A stretch of 13,950 bases of DNA from Promethearchaeota archaeon. GTDB lineage: Archaea; Asgardarchaeota; Lokiarchaeia; Sigyniarchaeales; SOKP01. Location: the NCBI GenBank assembly GCA_048940925.1, contig JBHLOC010000010.1, forward strand, positions 1 to 13,950. The letters are read 5' to 3'. This document shows, in pieces, positions 5,033 through 13,950 of the stretch. The notes beneath the pieces were generated by a model. It was not told the origin of the DNA. It worked only from the letters and a program-made list of their open reading frames with translations, and made no database searches. The position numbers were made by a program, and so were the translations under genes. Positions within the stretch are counted from its first letter, which is position 1; the number at the start of each line of letters is the position of its first letter.

Positions 5033-8000
5033 ATGGTTTCAAATTTTAAACCCAAAAAGTATAGTTGCCCTTTTTGTGGAAACAAATTGAATTCAAGATT
5101 TACTAAATGCTTCAATTTCTATTGTCAAGGGCAGAAATTTAATGTAGGAAATCTAGTGATATTTAGGTTAAATCCCAAATTAGGTATCGGGAGAATTGTT
5201 AAAGCTCTCCAAATTCCTACGTCAAAATCTCTTGATGAAGAAGATACAAGTTTTATTACAAAGTACAAAGTTATTTTTAAGGATAACACTGTGAAAATAG
5301 TTTTACCAATCGATCTTATTCATTACCTTTTTGAAGTTAATGACAAAATTGAAACTAAACAAGGTATTGGTATTATTAATTCTAAAGATTTCTATTTTAA
5401 AGATGGAATACTTTCTTATAAACTTTTAAAGCAGGATGGTAAATCGATTCAAATTTATGAATCTGAAATTTACTCTAAATATTTTGTTCCCCTAGAAAAA
5501 TTATTAATTAGTCGAGAAATTGATCCTCCAAGAAATTTTTTAATTAAATATTGGGCAAATTTGTTCTACTCTTATTACACAAGTTTCCAGATTAAATGTA
5601 TCACTAACTCTCGCTTATCATTGATGCCCCATCAAATAAATGTTACACATCGTTTATCAGAAGAATTTTTCCCTAGAGTAATATTAGCAGATGAAGTTGG
5701 ACTTGGTAAAACAATTGAGGCAGGAATTTATATTAAAGAAATGATGGCTCGAAATTTAGCAGAAAGAGTTCTAATTATTGTACCTGCTTCGCTTGTAAAA
5801 CAATGGACGTTTGAAATGAGTAATAAATTCAATGTTGATTTTACGATTTATGATGGAAAGAAGATAAAAGAATTACGTCGGGAGGGTGATTATAGATTAG
5901 CAGAATTATTAAAAAATCCCTTTTATTACGATAATTTAATCATATGCTCACTGCAATTCGCAAGAAATCGAAAATATATTGAGTTATTATCCCAAATTTC
6001 ATGGGATATAGTTATTTTTGATGAAGCCCATCATCTAAGAAGATATTTAATTAATTCAACTACAGGAAGTTATCGAGAAACGCTTAATTATGAATTGGCG
6101 AGAAAATTGAGTGCAAATTCAGAAAGTATGTTATTGTTAACTGCTACTCCCCTTCAACTTCACTCTTTTGAATTATTTTCATTAATTGAGCTTACCCATC
6201 CCGAAATTTTTGAAAGTTTCAGTGAATTCGAACATTTCAGAAAAAATATGCCATTTATTAATTTAATTATTACAAACCTTAATCAAATTGAAAGATTGAA
6301 TAACTTTGAAGTAAAAACCACAGTAAAACTTCTAAAAGATCTTGAGTATGTAAATAAAAAAATGAACAATGAACAAATTCTTTTAAAACTTAGAAATGAG
6401 GATTTCAAGAAATCAATTATAAAAAATCTTGAAGAAGATCACACATTATCTAATTTTTTAATTAGAAACCGTAAAAAAAATGTCTTTACTGAAGAATTGT
6501 TAAGCAAGAGAATTGTTAACACCATCATGGTTAATCCTACAAAAGAAGAATTGGAAATATATAATGAAATTAGACTTTACCTTGCTAAAATTTATAATAC
6601 TGCAACAAGTAAAGAAAATGTGGGATTAGGATTTGTAATTACAACATTACAGAAGTTATTAACAAGCTCAAAATATGCCTTTCTAAAGAGCTTAGAACGT
6701 AGATTAGAACAAATAGAAAGGTATAAAGATATCTTTCTTAAGATAAAAGAAAATGACCCTGAATATTTTGAATTGGAATTGGAAGAAGAATCTCTTGATA
6801 CTGAAACATTCAATGAAATCGAGGGAGAATTAAGTAAGAAACAACTAGAAAAAAACCATGATATATTCAATCAAGAAAAAATTCTAAAAGAATTTTATAA
6901 TAAATTAAAAAATATTCCCTATGATTCAAAATCAGAAAAATTACTTGAAATTATCAGTCAAATATATTCACGTAATCAAAATGAGAAAATAATTATTTTC
7001 ACTCAATTCGTTGATACCCTTCTTTTTTTAAAAGAGTTGTTAGAAAAACAAAAAGAAAATTATTTTGTAGAAACCTTCTACGGAAGTTTAGATAAAGACC
7101 AAAAAGATCAAGCAGTAAATAAATTTCGAAATAGCAAAAAATTTTCTATCCTCCTCTCAACTGAAATCGGTGGTGAGGGAAGAAATTTTCAATTTTGCCG
7201 CATACTCATTAACTATGATTTACCATGGAATCCCATGAAACTCGAGCAGAGAATTGGTCGTCTCGATCGAATAGGACAAGAATCACAAGAAATATTTATC
7301 TACAATTTTTTTATGGAAGGAACAGTTGAAACAGATGTAGTATATGCATTAATAAAAAGAATAAATTTATTTGAAGAATCTATAGGTGTCTTAGAGCCTA
7401 TTATAGGTCGAATTGAGAAAGATCTTAAAAATGTCATTTTTGCTGAAGATGATAGGAAGAAAAGAACTAGATTAAATGAGTTTTACCGTACTCTTGATGA
7501 AGAAATTCAGAGAGCAAAAGAAATTGAGATGCAACTAGATGATTTAATGATTGACAAAAAGTCTTTTCAAATGGTAAGTTTACTTGATTCATTAGCTTCT
7601 TGCATTGATGTAAAACTTTCTCATAATGAATTATTTCTATTAGTAAATTCTTTTTTTAAACTTGAAAGCGATATATATGGCTATTTGGAAAAAATAGATT
7701 CAGAAAATATCGATTCAAATTTAATCTTTAAAATCAAAATTAAGAATATTTTATTAAAAAATCCTAAATACAAGATTTTTGATAATTATACAGGGACATT
7801 TAATTTGGATCTTGCAAGAGAAAAAGAAGAAATTGATTTTTTTGCCTTAGGACACCCTTTAGTTAATTCTATTATTGATTTTTGTATCGGAGATACATTC
7901 AAAGGCAGTTTCACTGTTTTAAATATAAAGAAAGAACTTCTATCAAGAAAATATAATTTAGAATTAGAACAACAAGAATATCTCTATCTCTTAATTTTCT

Positions 8001-8620
8001 CTGTGAAATTTCAAGGATATATTATAGAACACCAATTTTTTTCGATTATTGTAGATAAAAATGGCAATGAAATAGAAAATTTAGCAGAATTTGTTTTAAA
8101 TATAGAAAACTATGAATATTTATTTAAATTTAGCGAATATGTGAAAAATTTTAACATTGATGATAATCTTTTTAACAATATCCGTCAAAAAGCTAAAAAA
8201 GTTGTAAAGTTCAGGAGTACCAATTGGAAAAAGGAAGTAAAAAGATTAAATGATAAAATATATTTTTTAGAAAGAAGTAAAAAAGAAAAGATCTATGAAT
8301 ATAATAGAAGAGCACTAAATCTTAAAATTGAACAATTAAAGAGAAGAATTGAAAAACAAAAAAATAGGAGACCGTCTAAAAGACAACTTCAAAATATAGA
8401 AAAAATTACTGATAAAAAAAGAAAAAAGGAACGTATGGATTCAATCCAACAATTAGAAGAAGATATTAAATTTCTTGAAAAAGATTTGCAAGTTACAGAA
8501 AAAAAAATAGATGATCTGGCTTTTGAATTTGAAGATATGAAAAATGAAATGATTAGAAAAAATTTGGCTAAATTTTATACAAATTTATCCTCGATTGCTC
8601 TAATTAATTTAGTAGATTGA
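5033..8620 (+). CDS. SNF2-family (RapA/HepA-like) ATPase with N-terminal Zn ribbon and C-terminal coiled coil
   Basis: Motifs PHQ, ILADEVGLGKT (Walker A), VPASL, DEAHH, LTATP, IIFTQF, STEIGGEGRNFQF, NYDLPWNPMKLEQRIGRLDRIGQ, plus RapA-C-like FFALGHPLV. N-terminal CPFC-x10-C-x4-C. Confidence 0.9.
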   Translation: MVSNFKPKKYSCPFCGNKLNSRFTKCFNFYCQGQKFNVGNLVIFRLNPKLGIGRIVKALQIPTSKSLDEEDTSFITKYKVIFKDNTVKIVLPIDLIHYLFEVNDKIETKQGIGIINSKDFYFKDGILSYKLLKQDGKSIQIYESEIYSKYFVPLEKLLISREIDPPRNFLIKYWANLFYSYYTSFQIKCITNSRLSLMPHQINVTHRLSEEFFPRVILADEVGLGKTIEAGIYIKEMMARNLAERVLIIVPASLVKQWTFEMSNKFNVDFTIYDGKKIKELRREGDYRLAELLKNPFYYDNLIICSLQFARNRKYIELLSQISWDIVIFDEAHHLRRYLINSTTGSYRETLNYELARKLSANSESMLLLTATPLQLHSFELFSLIELTHPEIFESFSEFEHFRKNMPFINLIITNLNQIERLNNFEVKTTVKLLKDLEYVNKKMNNEQILLKLRNEDFKKSIIKNLEEDHTLSNFLIRNRKKNVFTEELLSKRIVNTIMVNPTKEELEIYNEIRLYLAKIYNTATSKENVGLGFVITTLQKLLTSSKYAFLKSLERRLEQIERYKDIFLKIKENDPEYFELELEEESLDTETFNEIEGELSKKQLEKNHDIFNQEKILKEFYNKLKNIPYDSKSEKLLEIISQIYSRNQNEKIIIFTQFVDTLLFLKELLEKQKENYFVETFYGSLDKDQKDQAVNKFRNSKKFSILLSTEIGGEGRNFQFCRILINYDLPWNPMKLEQRIGRLDRIGQESQEIFIYNFFMEGTVETDVVYALIKRINLFEESIGVLEPIIGRIEKDLKNVIFAEDDRKKRTRLNEFYRTLDEEIQRAKEIEMQLDDLMIDKKSFQMVSLLDSLASCIDVKLSHNELFLLVNSFFKLESDIYGYLEKIDSENIDSNLIFKIKIKNILLKNPKYKIFDNYTGTFNLDLAREKEEIDFFALGHPLVNSIIDFCIGDTFKGSFTVLNIKKELLSRKYNLELEQQEYLYLLIFSVKFQGYIIEHQFFSIIVDKNGNEIENLAEFVLNIENYEYLFKFSEYVKNFNIDDNLFNNIRQKAKKVVKFRSTNWKKEVKRLNDKIYFLERSKKEKIYEYNRRALNLKIEQLKRRIEKQKNRRPSKRQLQNIEKITDKKRKKERMDSIQQLEEDIKFLEKDLQVTEKKIDDLAFEFEDMKNEMIRKNLAKFYTNLSSIALINLVD

Positions 8621-8630
8621 GAATTTATTA

Positions 8631-9167
8631 TTATTTATAACCTACATTTTTAAGCATTCTTGTAGCTAAATTTAAAAAAACATCCTCAACATTTTCCCCC
8701 GTCTTAGCAGATGTTTCGACAAAATATGTTTTCTTTTTTTTCGCAAAAAAATTTGCACTTTCTTTGTTGTAAGTCTTATTTTCTTCCTGAATCATATCTA
8801 CCTTATTCCCTAATAAGATAAAAGGAGTATTTTTTCCAGCATATTCTTGCAAATCACTATACCAGTCATTTAATTCTTCAAAAGTATGCCATCTAGTTAA
8901 GTCAAATACCAATAGAGCACCATTTGCACCCTCAAAAAAACTAGGTCTTAAAAATTTATACTGATCTTGCCCCCCTATATCCCAGATTTGAAATTTAACC
9001 GTATTTCCTGGTTTTGGATAACTTTCTATTATTTTTGATAAAAAATCAGCACCAATAGTCATTTTATATTTAATTGCGAATCTATTTTCTACAAAACGGT
9101 AAAGAAGTGAAGTTTTACCAACTGCTCCACTGCCAAGGATTATTACTTTGAATACATATAAAGACAT
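8631..9167 (-). CDS. Rab-like small GTPase (Ras superfamily)
   Basis: G1 GSGAVGKT, G2 TIGADF, G3 WDIGGQ, G4 NKVD, G5 TSAK, with Rab-like KFQIW and LVFDLT. Confidence 0.93.
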   Translation of the reverse strand: MSLYVFKVIILGSGAVGKTSLLYRFVENRFAIKYKMTIGADFLSKIIESYPKPGNTVKFQIWDIGGQDQYKFLRPSFFEGANGALLVFDLTRWHTFEELNDWYSDLQEYAGKNTPFILLGNKVDMIQEENKTYNKESANFFAKKKKTYFVETSAKTGENVEDVFLNLATRMLKNVGYK

Positions 9168-9319
9168 AATTCATTAAAATTTCTATAAGTGAATATTATA
9201 TTCTAATAAATAATCTCAGTTTTGTATTTAAACATTTTCAAATCTAAATTCATTTTAAAGAATAGAAGTTATTTCTTTTTAATAAATCTGAAATAACCGA
9301 TTTACTTTGTAGAATTAAA

Positions 9320-9844
9320 TCAAGAAAATTGTTTTATCATACGTTTCGCAAGTTCTAAAAAAGCTTTTTCGACATTATCACCAGTTTTTGCAGATGTTTG
9401 AATATAGACGCTTCCCTCTTTATTAGCATATTCTTGAGGTTCATTTTGTTTTATAACTTCTCCTATCTCAGGGATTAAATCAGCTTTATTTCCTATTATT
9501 ACCAAAGGAATCTTTCCTGATATTGTACTACGCATATCTATTAACCATTCTTTCATTTTTGGGAAGGTAGATGCTCTAGAGAGATCAAAAATTAAGAGTG
9601 CACCATTTGTTCCTTCATAGAAACTGCGACGTAGGAATTTAAAACGCTCTTGTCCTCCAATATCCCAAATTGTAAGTTTTGCAATTTTTCCAGACTTATA
9701 TTCTACTTCTTTACTCATAAAATCCACGCCAATAGTAAAACGATAATCTTTTGAGAACTTATTCTCAACAAATCGACGGATGAGGCTAGACTTACCAACC
9801 GCAGCTGGTCCTAAAACCACGGTTTTAAAGGTATATTCTGACAT
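9320..9844 (-). CDS. Rab-like small GTPase (Ras superfamily), paralog of 8631..9167
   Basis: G1 GPAAVGKS, TIGVDF (RabF1), WDIGGQERF, NKAD, TSAK. The ATG at 9844 (MSEYTFK) aligns with the paralog start (MSLYVFK), so it is preferred over 9856. Confidence 0.93.
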   Translation of the reverse strand: MSEYTFKTVVLGPAAVGKSSLIRRFVENKFSKDYRFTIGVDFMSKEVEYKSGKIAKLTIWDIGGQERFKFLRRSFYEGTNGALLIFDLSRASTFPKMKEWLIDMRSTISGKIPLVIIGNKADLIPEIGEVIKQNEPQEYANKEGSVYIQTSAKTGDNVEKAFLELAKRMIKQFS

Positions 9845-9907
9845 GATTCTAATCACAGTACGAAAATATATTCTAATAATATAATGATATTTTATAATTA
9901 TATTATT

Positions 9908-10720
9908 TTAATTCTTAATTAAATTGTACTTTTTTCCATATTGTTTAAATATCTTAGTACCCCCTCCTTCTTGTAAAACTTTTAAAGTGGCTTTTGAATC
10001 AAAGATTTCCATTCCACCAACAATGTCAACTCCGTAATCAAATAAAATATCAGGAATCATGCTCGCCGTAGGACCAATTAAAACTATACTCTGAGCTTTG
10101 CTCTTAAATTTCTCTAAAATTAATTCAAGTGTATTATTTATTAACGCAGTACCTGTGCAATATAAAATATCCGGAAAAAATTCTATTTTCTTCAATTGAT
10201 TTATATTTTTTTTGATCAGGAATTTATTAAATTCTGGTGGAACTGAAATAGTATCCTCAATTATGGTAATTTTATCTGTTATTTCACTTAATTTTCTAAT
10301 AAGTGGCTTCATTAATCCGATGATGGTTATTTTTGTGTCTTGACTAACATTTAAATATTCATATTGGTCTCCTATGATTGTGGGATAAGGATTCTTCATC
10401 TTAAAGATATGTTGAGATACAGCATTTACTGAAGCAATTCCTATAATCTTTTTTAAACTCAGTGGTTCATAAGACCAATTTAACAATTCTGAAAGGTTTT
10501 TTTTTGTAAGATTTCCAGCAAATTTTATCTTATTGCAATCAGTTGTTTTAATTATGTTTGGTAAGGTTGCTGCTAATCCTAAAAAAGGTTTAAATGCATG
10601 AACAGACACTTCAACTCCCGTATATCCTAATCCTATTACAATGTTAGTTACTTTTGGGAGTGGAATTTTGTGAATTTTGTAGATTTGCTTAATATCTTTG
10701 ACAGTTTTTTCTAAAATCAT
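9908..10720 (-). CDS. DUF364 (Rossmann-like, with DUF4213-type N-terminal domain) family protein
   Basis: IGLGYTGV, IGIASVNAVSQ, TGTALINNTLELIL and LIGPTASMIPDILFDYGVDIVGG are characteristic of DUF364 proteins. Confidence 0.85.
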   Translation of the reverse strand: MILEKTVKDIKQIYKIHKIPLPKVTNIVIGLGYTGVEVSVHAFKPFLGLAATLPNIIKTTDCNKIKFAGNLTKKNLSELLNWSYEPLSLKKIIGIASVNAVSQHIFKMKNPYPTIIGDQYEYLNVSQDTKITIIGLMKPLIRKLSEITDKITIIEDTISVPPEFNKFLIKKNINQLKKIEFFPDILYCTGTALINNTLELILEKFKSKAQSIVLIGPTASMIPDILFDYGVDIVGGMEIFDSKATLKVLQEGGGTKIFKQYGKKYNLIKN

Positions 10721-10816
10721 CAGTTTAACTCATATGATTTAATTCTACCTAAATAGAATACTATAGATTATTAGTTTTTAATATAGTTATATAAATTACC
10801 TAAACAAAAATTAAGG

Positions 10817-10826
10817 AAAAAAAAAA
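10817..10826 (-). terminator. Oligo-T terminator candidate after the C25 peptidase gene
   Basis: A10 on the + strand (T10 on the - strand), 14 nt past the stop codon. Confidence 0.45.
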
Positions 10827-10840
10827 GAATTTAAATTAAT

Positions 10841-13800
10841 TTAATTTTTCTTTTTCATTTTTATTATCGCCAGAGAAACAATAGAAATCGTACAGATTAG
10901 CAAAATCACATTAAATCCCGGAATTTTTGGTGGTGTTGGTTTAGGTGGTTCTTCAGGTTCTTTTACAATAATTTTAATAATTCCAGAACAAAAATTATCA
11001 AAAGGATCATAAGCTTTCAGTTCTAACCAATAAATTCCAGGTGTTAATCTGGTTTTATTTGTTAATACACCATTACCGTCAATATTAAAGTTAATTGTGT
11101 CATTAACCCAATATAATGCAATACCAGACAAATCAGAAGCATTTAAATCGTAATTAAGAGAATTCCCGTATTCAATAATTTGGTTTGTCGGTGGTTGATC
11201 CCATGTTGGATTGTCTAAAAATGCTGTGAATGACCAGGTGGAGGATGTTGTTGAAGCAGATCCATCACTTGCTACAGCGTACCAACTATATGTGGTGCCT
11301 TCTGAAAGATCGCTCCAAAGAACTGAAGCTTTGCTACCACTAGGAACTCCTGTAGCAATACCAATTAAACTGTCATCAGAAGCATCATAAAATGACACAT
11401 CCATTATATCACCATCTGGATCAGATACATCGACACTTAACGTGGGATTAATAGACACACTAGTAGCACCATCTGAAGGAGTGGGGTTGATTGGAGCGTT
11501 AGGAGCAGTGTTACCTGTAGTGAATGACCATGTTGAGGATTGCCTGATTACTTGTCCATCTCCAACAATTACATACCAAGAATATGTAGTATCCGTAGAA
11601 AGACCTGCCCATGGGACAGAAGCAACTTGGCCATCCAGAACATCTAAATCAATTCCAATTAAGCTGTTATCAGAAGCATCATAAAAAGCGACATTTATCG
11701 TACCACCATCAGGATCCGAAACTCCAACACTTAAAGTTGGATTAGTATCTATTCCTGTAGCACCATCTGCTGGTGAAGGATTAGATGGAGCATTTGGTTG
11801 ATTAGATCCCCAATAATCTATTTGAGGATCTCCATATATATTAAAATCCATTTTATTCATCCAAGCATGATATCCACCACCATAAACACCTCCAGAAACG
11901 CCTCCATCTTCCTTTGCACTATAAAGAGCAGGACCTGCTGTCATTCCAGCTTTTAAAAGATTATCCATATAATAATAACCAATACCTGTATTATCCGTAA
12001 ATGTAGGCCAATATGTATCATAGTTCCAAGTTCCAACAACATACCAACTAACTCTAGTTGCAGAAACAGTATTAACACCCGCACCCCTTTTTAATAAAGA
12101 ATATTGCAAATTGTCCGAATATTCAGGTTCTCCATTAAGACAAGAAGATTGATAAAAGAATGCTGGTTGATCATTTTCAAGTGAAGACATATCACCACTA
12201 GTAAGAAAAGAAGGCCAGCTCATTTCATCTCCTTCAGGAATATTATCTCCATCATCACTTGCCCAATATTTTCGATAGACACCATAATAATCTCCATGAC
12301 CCCACCAAAATACAGCACCATGCCCATTATTAAATTCTGATATAACATTAGTGCTAGTTAAAGGCATATCATAATGGAAAGCACTGGTAGGAACGGGATC
12401 TAAACCCGATCTCTCATACATTACAGTATCATCCATTCCTATTCCGCTCAAAATATTGTTATAAACATCTGCTGGACAATTTAATCCATCAGTTCTAGCA
12501 CTTCCTCCACCATCCTCATTTGCATAATTCGATATAGCCATAGGTTCTAGAATTTTGTATTTTTCATCTCCTGCATTGATGTGATGATTTATGATCTCTT
12601 GGAGTATATTATCTAATGTGGCATAATCTGATGAGTATACAGGTATTCTTCCAACATAAACTTCTGGAACAAAATCCACACCTGCATCGTTTGGTGAAGA
12701 TTCTTGATATCCCCATTCTCCATAATAACCATCTCCATCCGAGTCCCAATTACCTGTCAAATCAGCATAAATATAATCAGTTGGAGTATTATATGGCCAA
12801 CCAGGATTCCAAGATCCTTCTGGATAGCACATTAGCATTGGTAGATCTCCTATAGAATCGGATCCATCTGTAGGATCATCTGGATCTGGATTCCCTATCA
12901 AAAGTACATATTCAATTGAATCTGATACATAATGATTCTGGAGCCAAGATCTAATATTAAAAACTCTCTGTTGACCTGTTGCTGAGCCATATTCATCTTC
13001 AGTTATTACAACTACTGAGAACCCTAATGCTTGCTTATATCTAATAAAATCATCCAATTTATCACTATTTGATTCAATTGCATTGGTTGTAATAATTAAA
13101 TAGGTGGAATCAGGGATATCTGAAGCCATTGGATATATATAAGATGTACTTGTTGGTTTTATTTCGTACATTGGGAGAATATCTGCTAGATTATCAATAT
13201 CCTCTCCAAGATTAGATAGAAACTTTCCTGTTAACAGATCCATATTTTTATTTTGTATCTTATCCCAATTTATAGAGATCTTAACATCTCGATGTTCAAC
13301 TACAGCTTTATCGATAGGATTATACTGATAAGGATAATAATAAAAGTCTGCAATAACTGCATCTCTCATCTGTTGGACGTTAAAGGAATCTATATATTCT
13401 GAAGGCCAATAGCTATTTTTATTATATATATTGCTTGAATCCTCAGAAAATGCTAGAAGATTTTTATTACTCATTGAAGTCATAATATTAGGACCAGGTG
13501 GAAAATAATATTCTCCCTCAAGATCAACAGATGTGCTTTTGATAATATTCATTTTTACCGATTCTGGGTCTGTATTAGGGGGTAATAAAATTTTGTAATG
13601 GCGAACTGGTAATTGTGGAACGCCACCTATTCCTGATAATTGCCATTTTAAATTGCTTTTAGGAATGGAATATAATAAGTCGGAAGGTATATTTGATAAT
13701 TCAAGAACCATTTGATTTTCTGTGATATTATTTGAAATTGAAAAATCTATTGAAAGTTCCGAATCGTTATTGCTGTGTAGATTATAATAGTATATTTCTG

Positions 13801-13870
13801 AAAGTATTAGTATATTCAGAGACAGAATTAAGATTAAAATCTTAAAATGTCTATATTTAATTGTTTTCAT
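10841..13870 (-). CDS. Secreted, surface-anchored C25 (gingipain-like) cysteine peptidase: signal/TM, propeptide, C25 domain, two Ig/FN3-like repeats, one cadherin/Ig-like domain, IPGF-TM-basic C-terminal sorting signal
   Basis: Propeptide GVPQLPV...LLPP and YPYQYNP; YLIIT, YVLLIG, TDYIYADL, PEVYVGRIP; catalytic His in WGHG (about 12297) and Cys in SSCLNG (about 12141); terminal IYGDP; C-terminus PPKIPGFNVILLICTISIVSLAIIKMKKKN. ATG 13870 is preferred over GTG 13927. Confidence 0.88.
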   Translation of the reverse strand: MKTIKYRHFKILILILSLNILILSEIYYYNLHSNNDSELSIDFSISNNITENQMVLELSNIPSDLLYSIPKSNLKWQLSGIGGVPQLPVRHYKILLPPNTDPESVKMNIIKSTSVDLEGEYYFPPGPNIMTSMSNKNLLAFSEDSSNIYNKNSYWPSEYIDSFNVQQMRDAVIADFYYYPYQYNPIDKAVVEHRDVKISINWDKIQNKNMDLLTGKFLSNLGEDIDNLADILPMYEIKPTSTSYIYPMASDIPDSTYLIITTNAIESNSDKLDDFIRYKQALGFSVVVITEDEYGSATGQQRVFNIRSWLQNHYVSDSIEYVLLIGNPDPDDPTDGSDSIGDLPMLMCYPEGSWNPGWPYNTPTDYIYADLTGNWDSDGDGYYGEWGYQESSPNDAGVDFVPEVYVGRIPVYSSDYATLDNILQEIINHHINAGDEKYKILEPMAISNYANEDGGGSARTDGLNCPADVYNNILSGIGMDDTVMYERSGLDPVPTSAFHYDMPLTSTNVISEFNNGHGAVFWWGHGDYYGVYRKYWASDDGDNIPEGDEMSWPSFLTSGDMSSLENDQPAFFYQSSCLNGEPEYSDNLQYSLLKRGAGVNTVSATRVSWYVVGTWNYDTYWPTFTDNTGIGYYYMDNLLKAGMTAGPALYSAKEDGGVSGGVYGGGYHAWMNKMDFNIYGDPQIDYWGSNQPNAPSNPSPADGATGIDTNPTLSVGVSDPDGGTINVAFYDASDNSLIGIDLDVLDGQVASVPWAGLSTDTTYSWYVIVGDGQVIRQSSTWSFTTGNTAPNAPINPTPSDGATSVSINPTLSVDVSDPDGDIMDVSFYDASDDSLIGIATGVPSGSKASVLWSDLSEGTTYSWYAVASDGSASTTSSTWSFTAFLDNPTWDQPPTNQIIEYGNSLNYDLNASDLSGIALYWVNDTINFNIDGNGVLTNKTRLTPGIYWLELKAYDPFDNFCSGIIKIIVKEPEEPPKPTPPKIPGFNVILLICTISIVSLAIIKMKKKN
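11222..11802 (-). repeat. Intragenic tandem duplication of a 98-aa Ig/FN3-like module (294-nt period)
   Basis: PNAPxNPxPxDGAT...NPTLSVxVSDPDG...FYDASD.SLIGI...TTYSWY...SSTWSFT occurs twice. The DNA anchor TGAATGACCA is at 11227 and 11521. Confidence 0.9.
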
Positions 13871-13950
13871 ATTTTTCACATTTTTTTTAAATTTATTTTT
13901 TATATCATTTTTAATTGTTCTTAACACACAATTCTGTATTTTCCTTAGTG

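Noticed and set aside
6592-6870. 92-aa minus-strand ORF
   Set aside because: Antisense shadow inside the SNF2 gene.
5033-8620. DISARM/BREX-type defence island around the SNF2 gene
   Set aside because: No methyltransferase, DUF1998, PLD nuclease or other partner gene lies in the flanks.
11442-12855. Plus-strand ORFs 11442..11684 and 12616..12855
   Set aside because: Antisense shadows within the C25 peptidase gene.
1-13950. CRISPR array, transposase, integrase or reverse transcriptase
   Set aside because: No regularly spaced repeats, and no DDE, HUH, tyrosine/serine recombinase or RT motifs were seen in any ORF.

Overview
AT-rich, gene-dense archaeal DNA, most likely from an Asgard archaeon (Lokiarchaeia/Promethearchaeota-like). 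This assignment is inferred from the tandem Rab-like GTPases with WDIGGQ and no prenylation motif, an arrestin-N-like protein, and a C25 peptidase ending in IPGF-TM-basic tail. Gene order: PH/GRAM-like fragment, arrestin-N/SpoOM-like gene, an ~850 bp island (1066-1914) with no annotated ORF, a double-anchored membrane protein with a disrupted 5' end, MaoC/MFE-2-type hydratase, QueG/RdhA-like Fe-S protein (-), RapA-like SNF2 ATPase, two Rab-like GTPases (-), DUF364 protein (-) and a surface-anchored gingipain-like C25 peptidase (-). The most unexplained signal is the island. It holds a GC-rich, strand-skewed segment that folds best on the minus strand (three-way junction, UUCG/tandem-GA hairpin), an adjacent 17-bp inverted repeat overlapping a 24-aa hydrophobic micro-ORF, and an uncalled 49-aa Pro-1 tautomerase-like ORF. 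I found no rRNA, tRNA, CRISPR array or transposase. All family calls come from reading motifs by eye, not from database searches.
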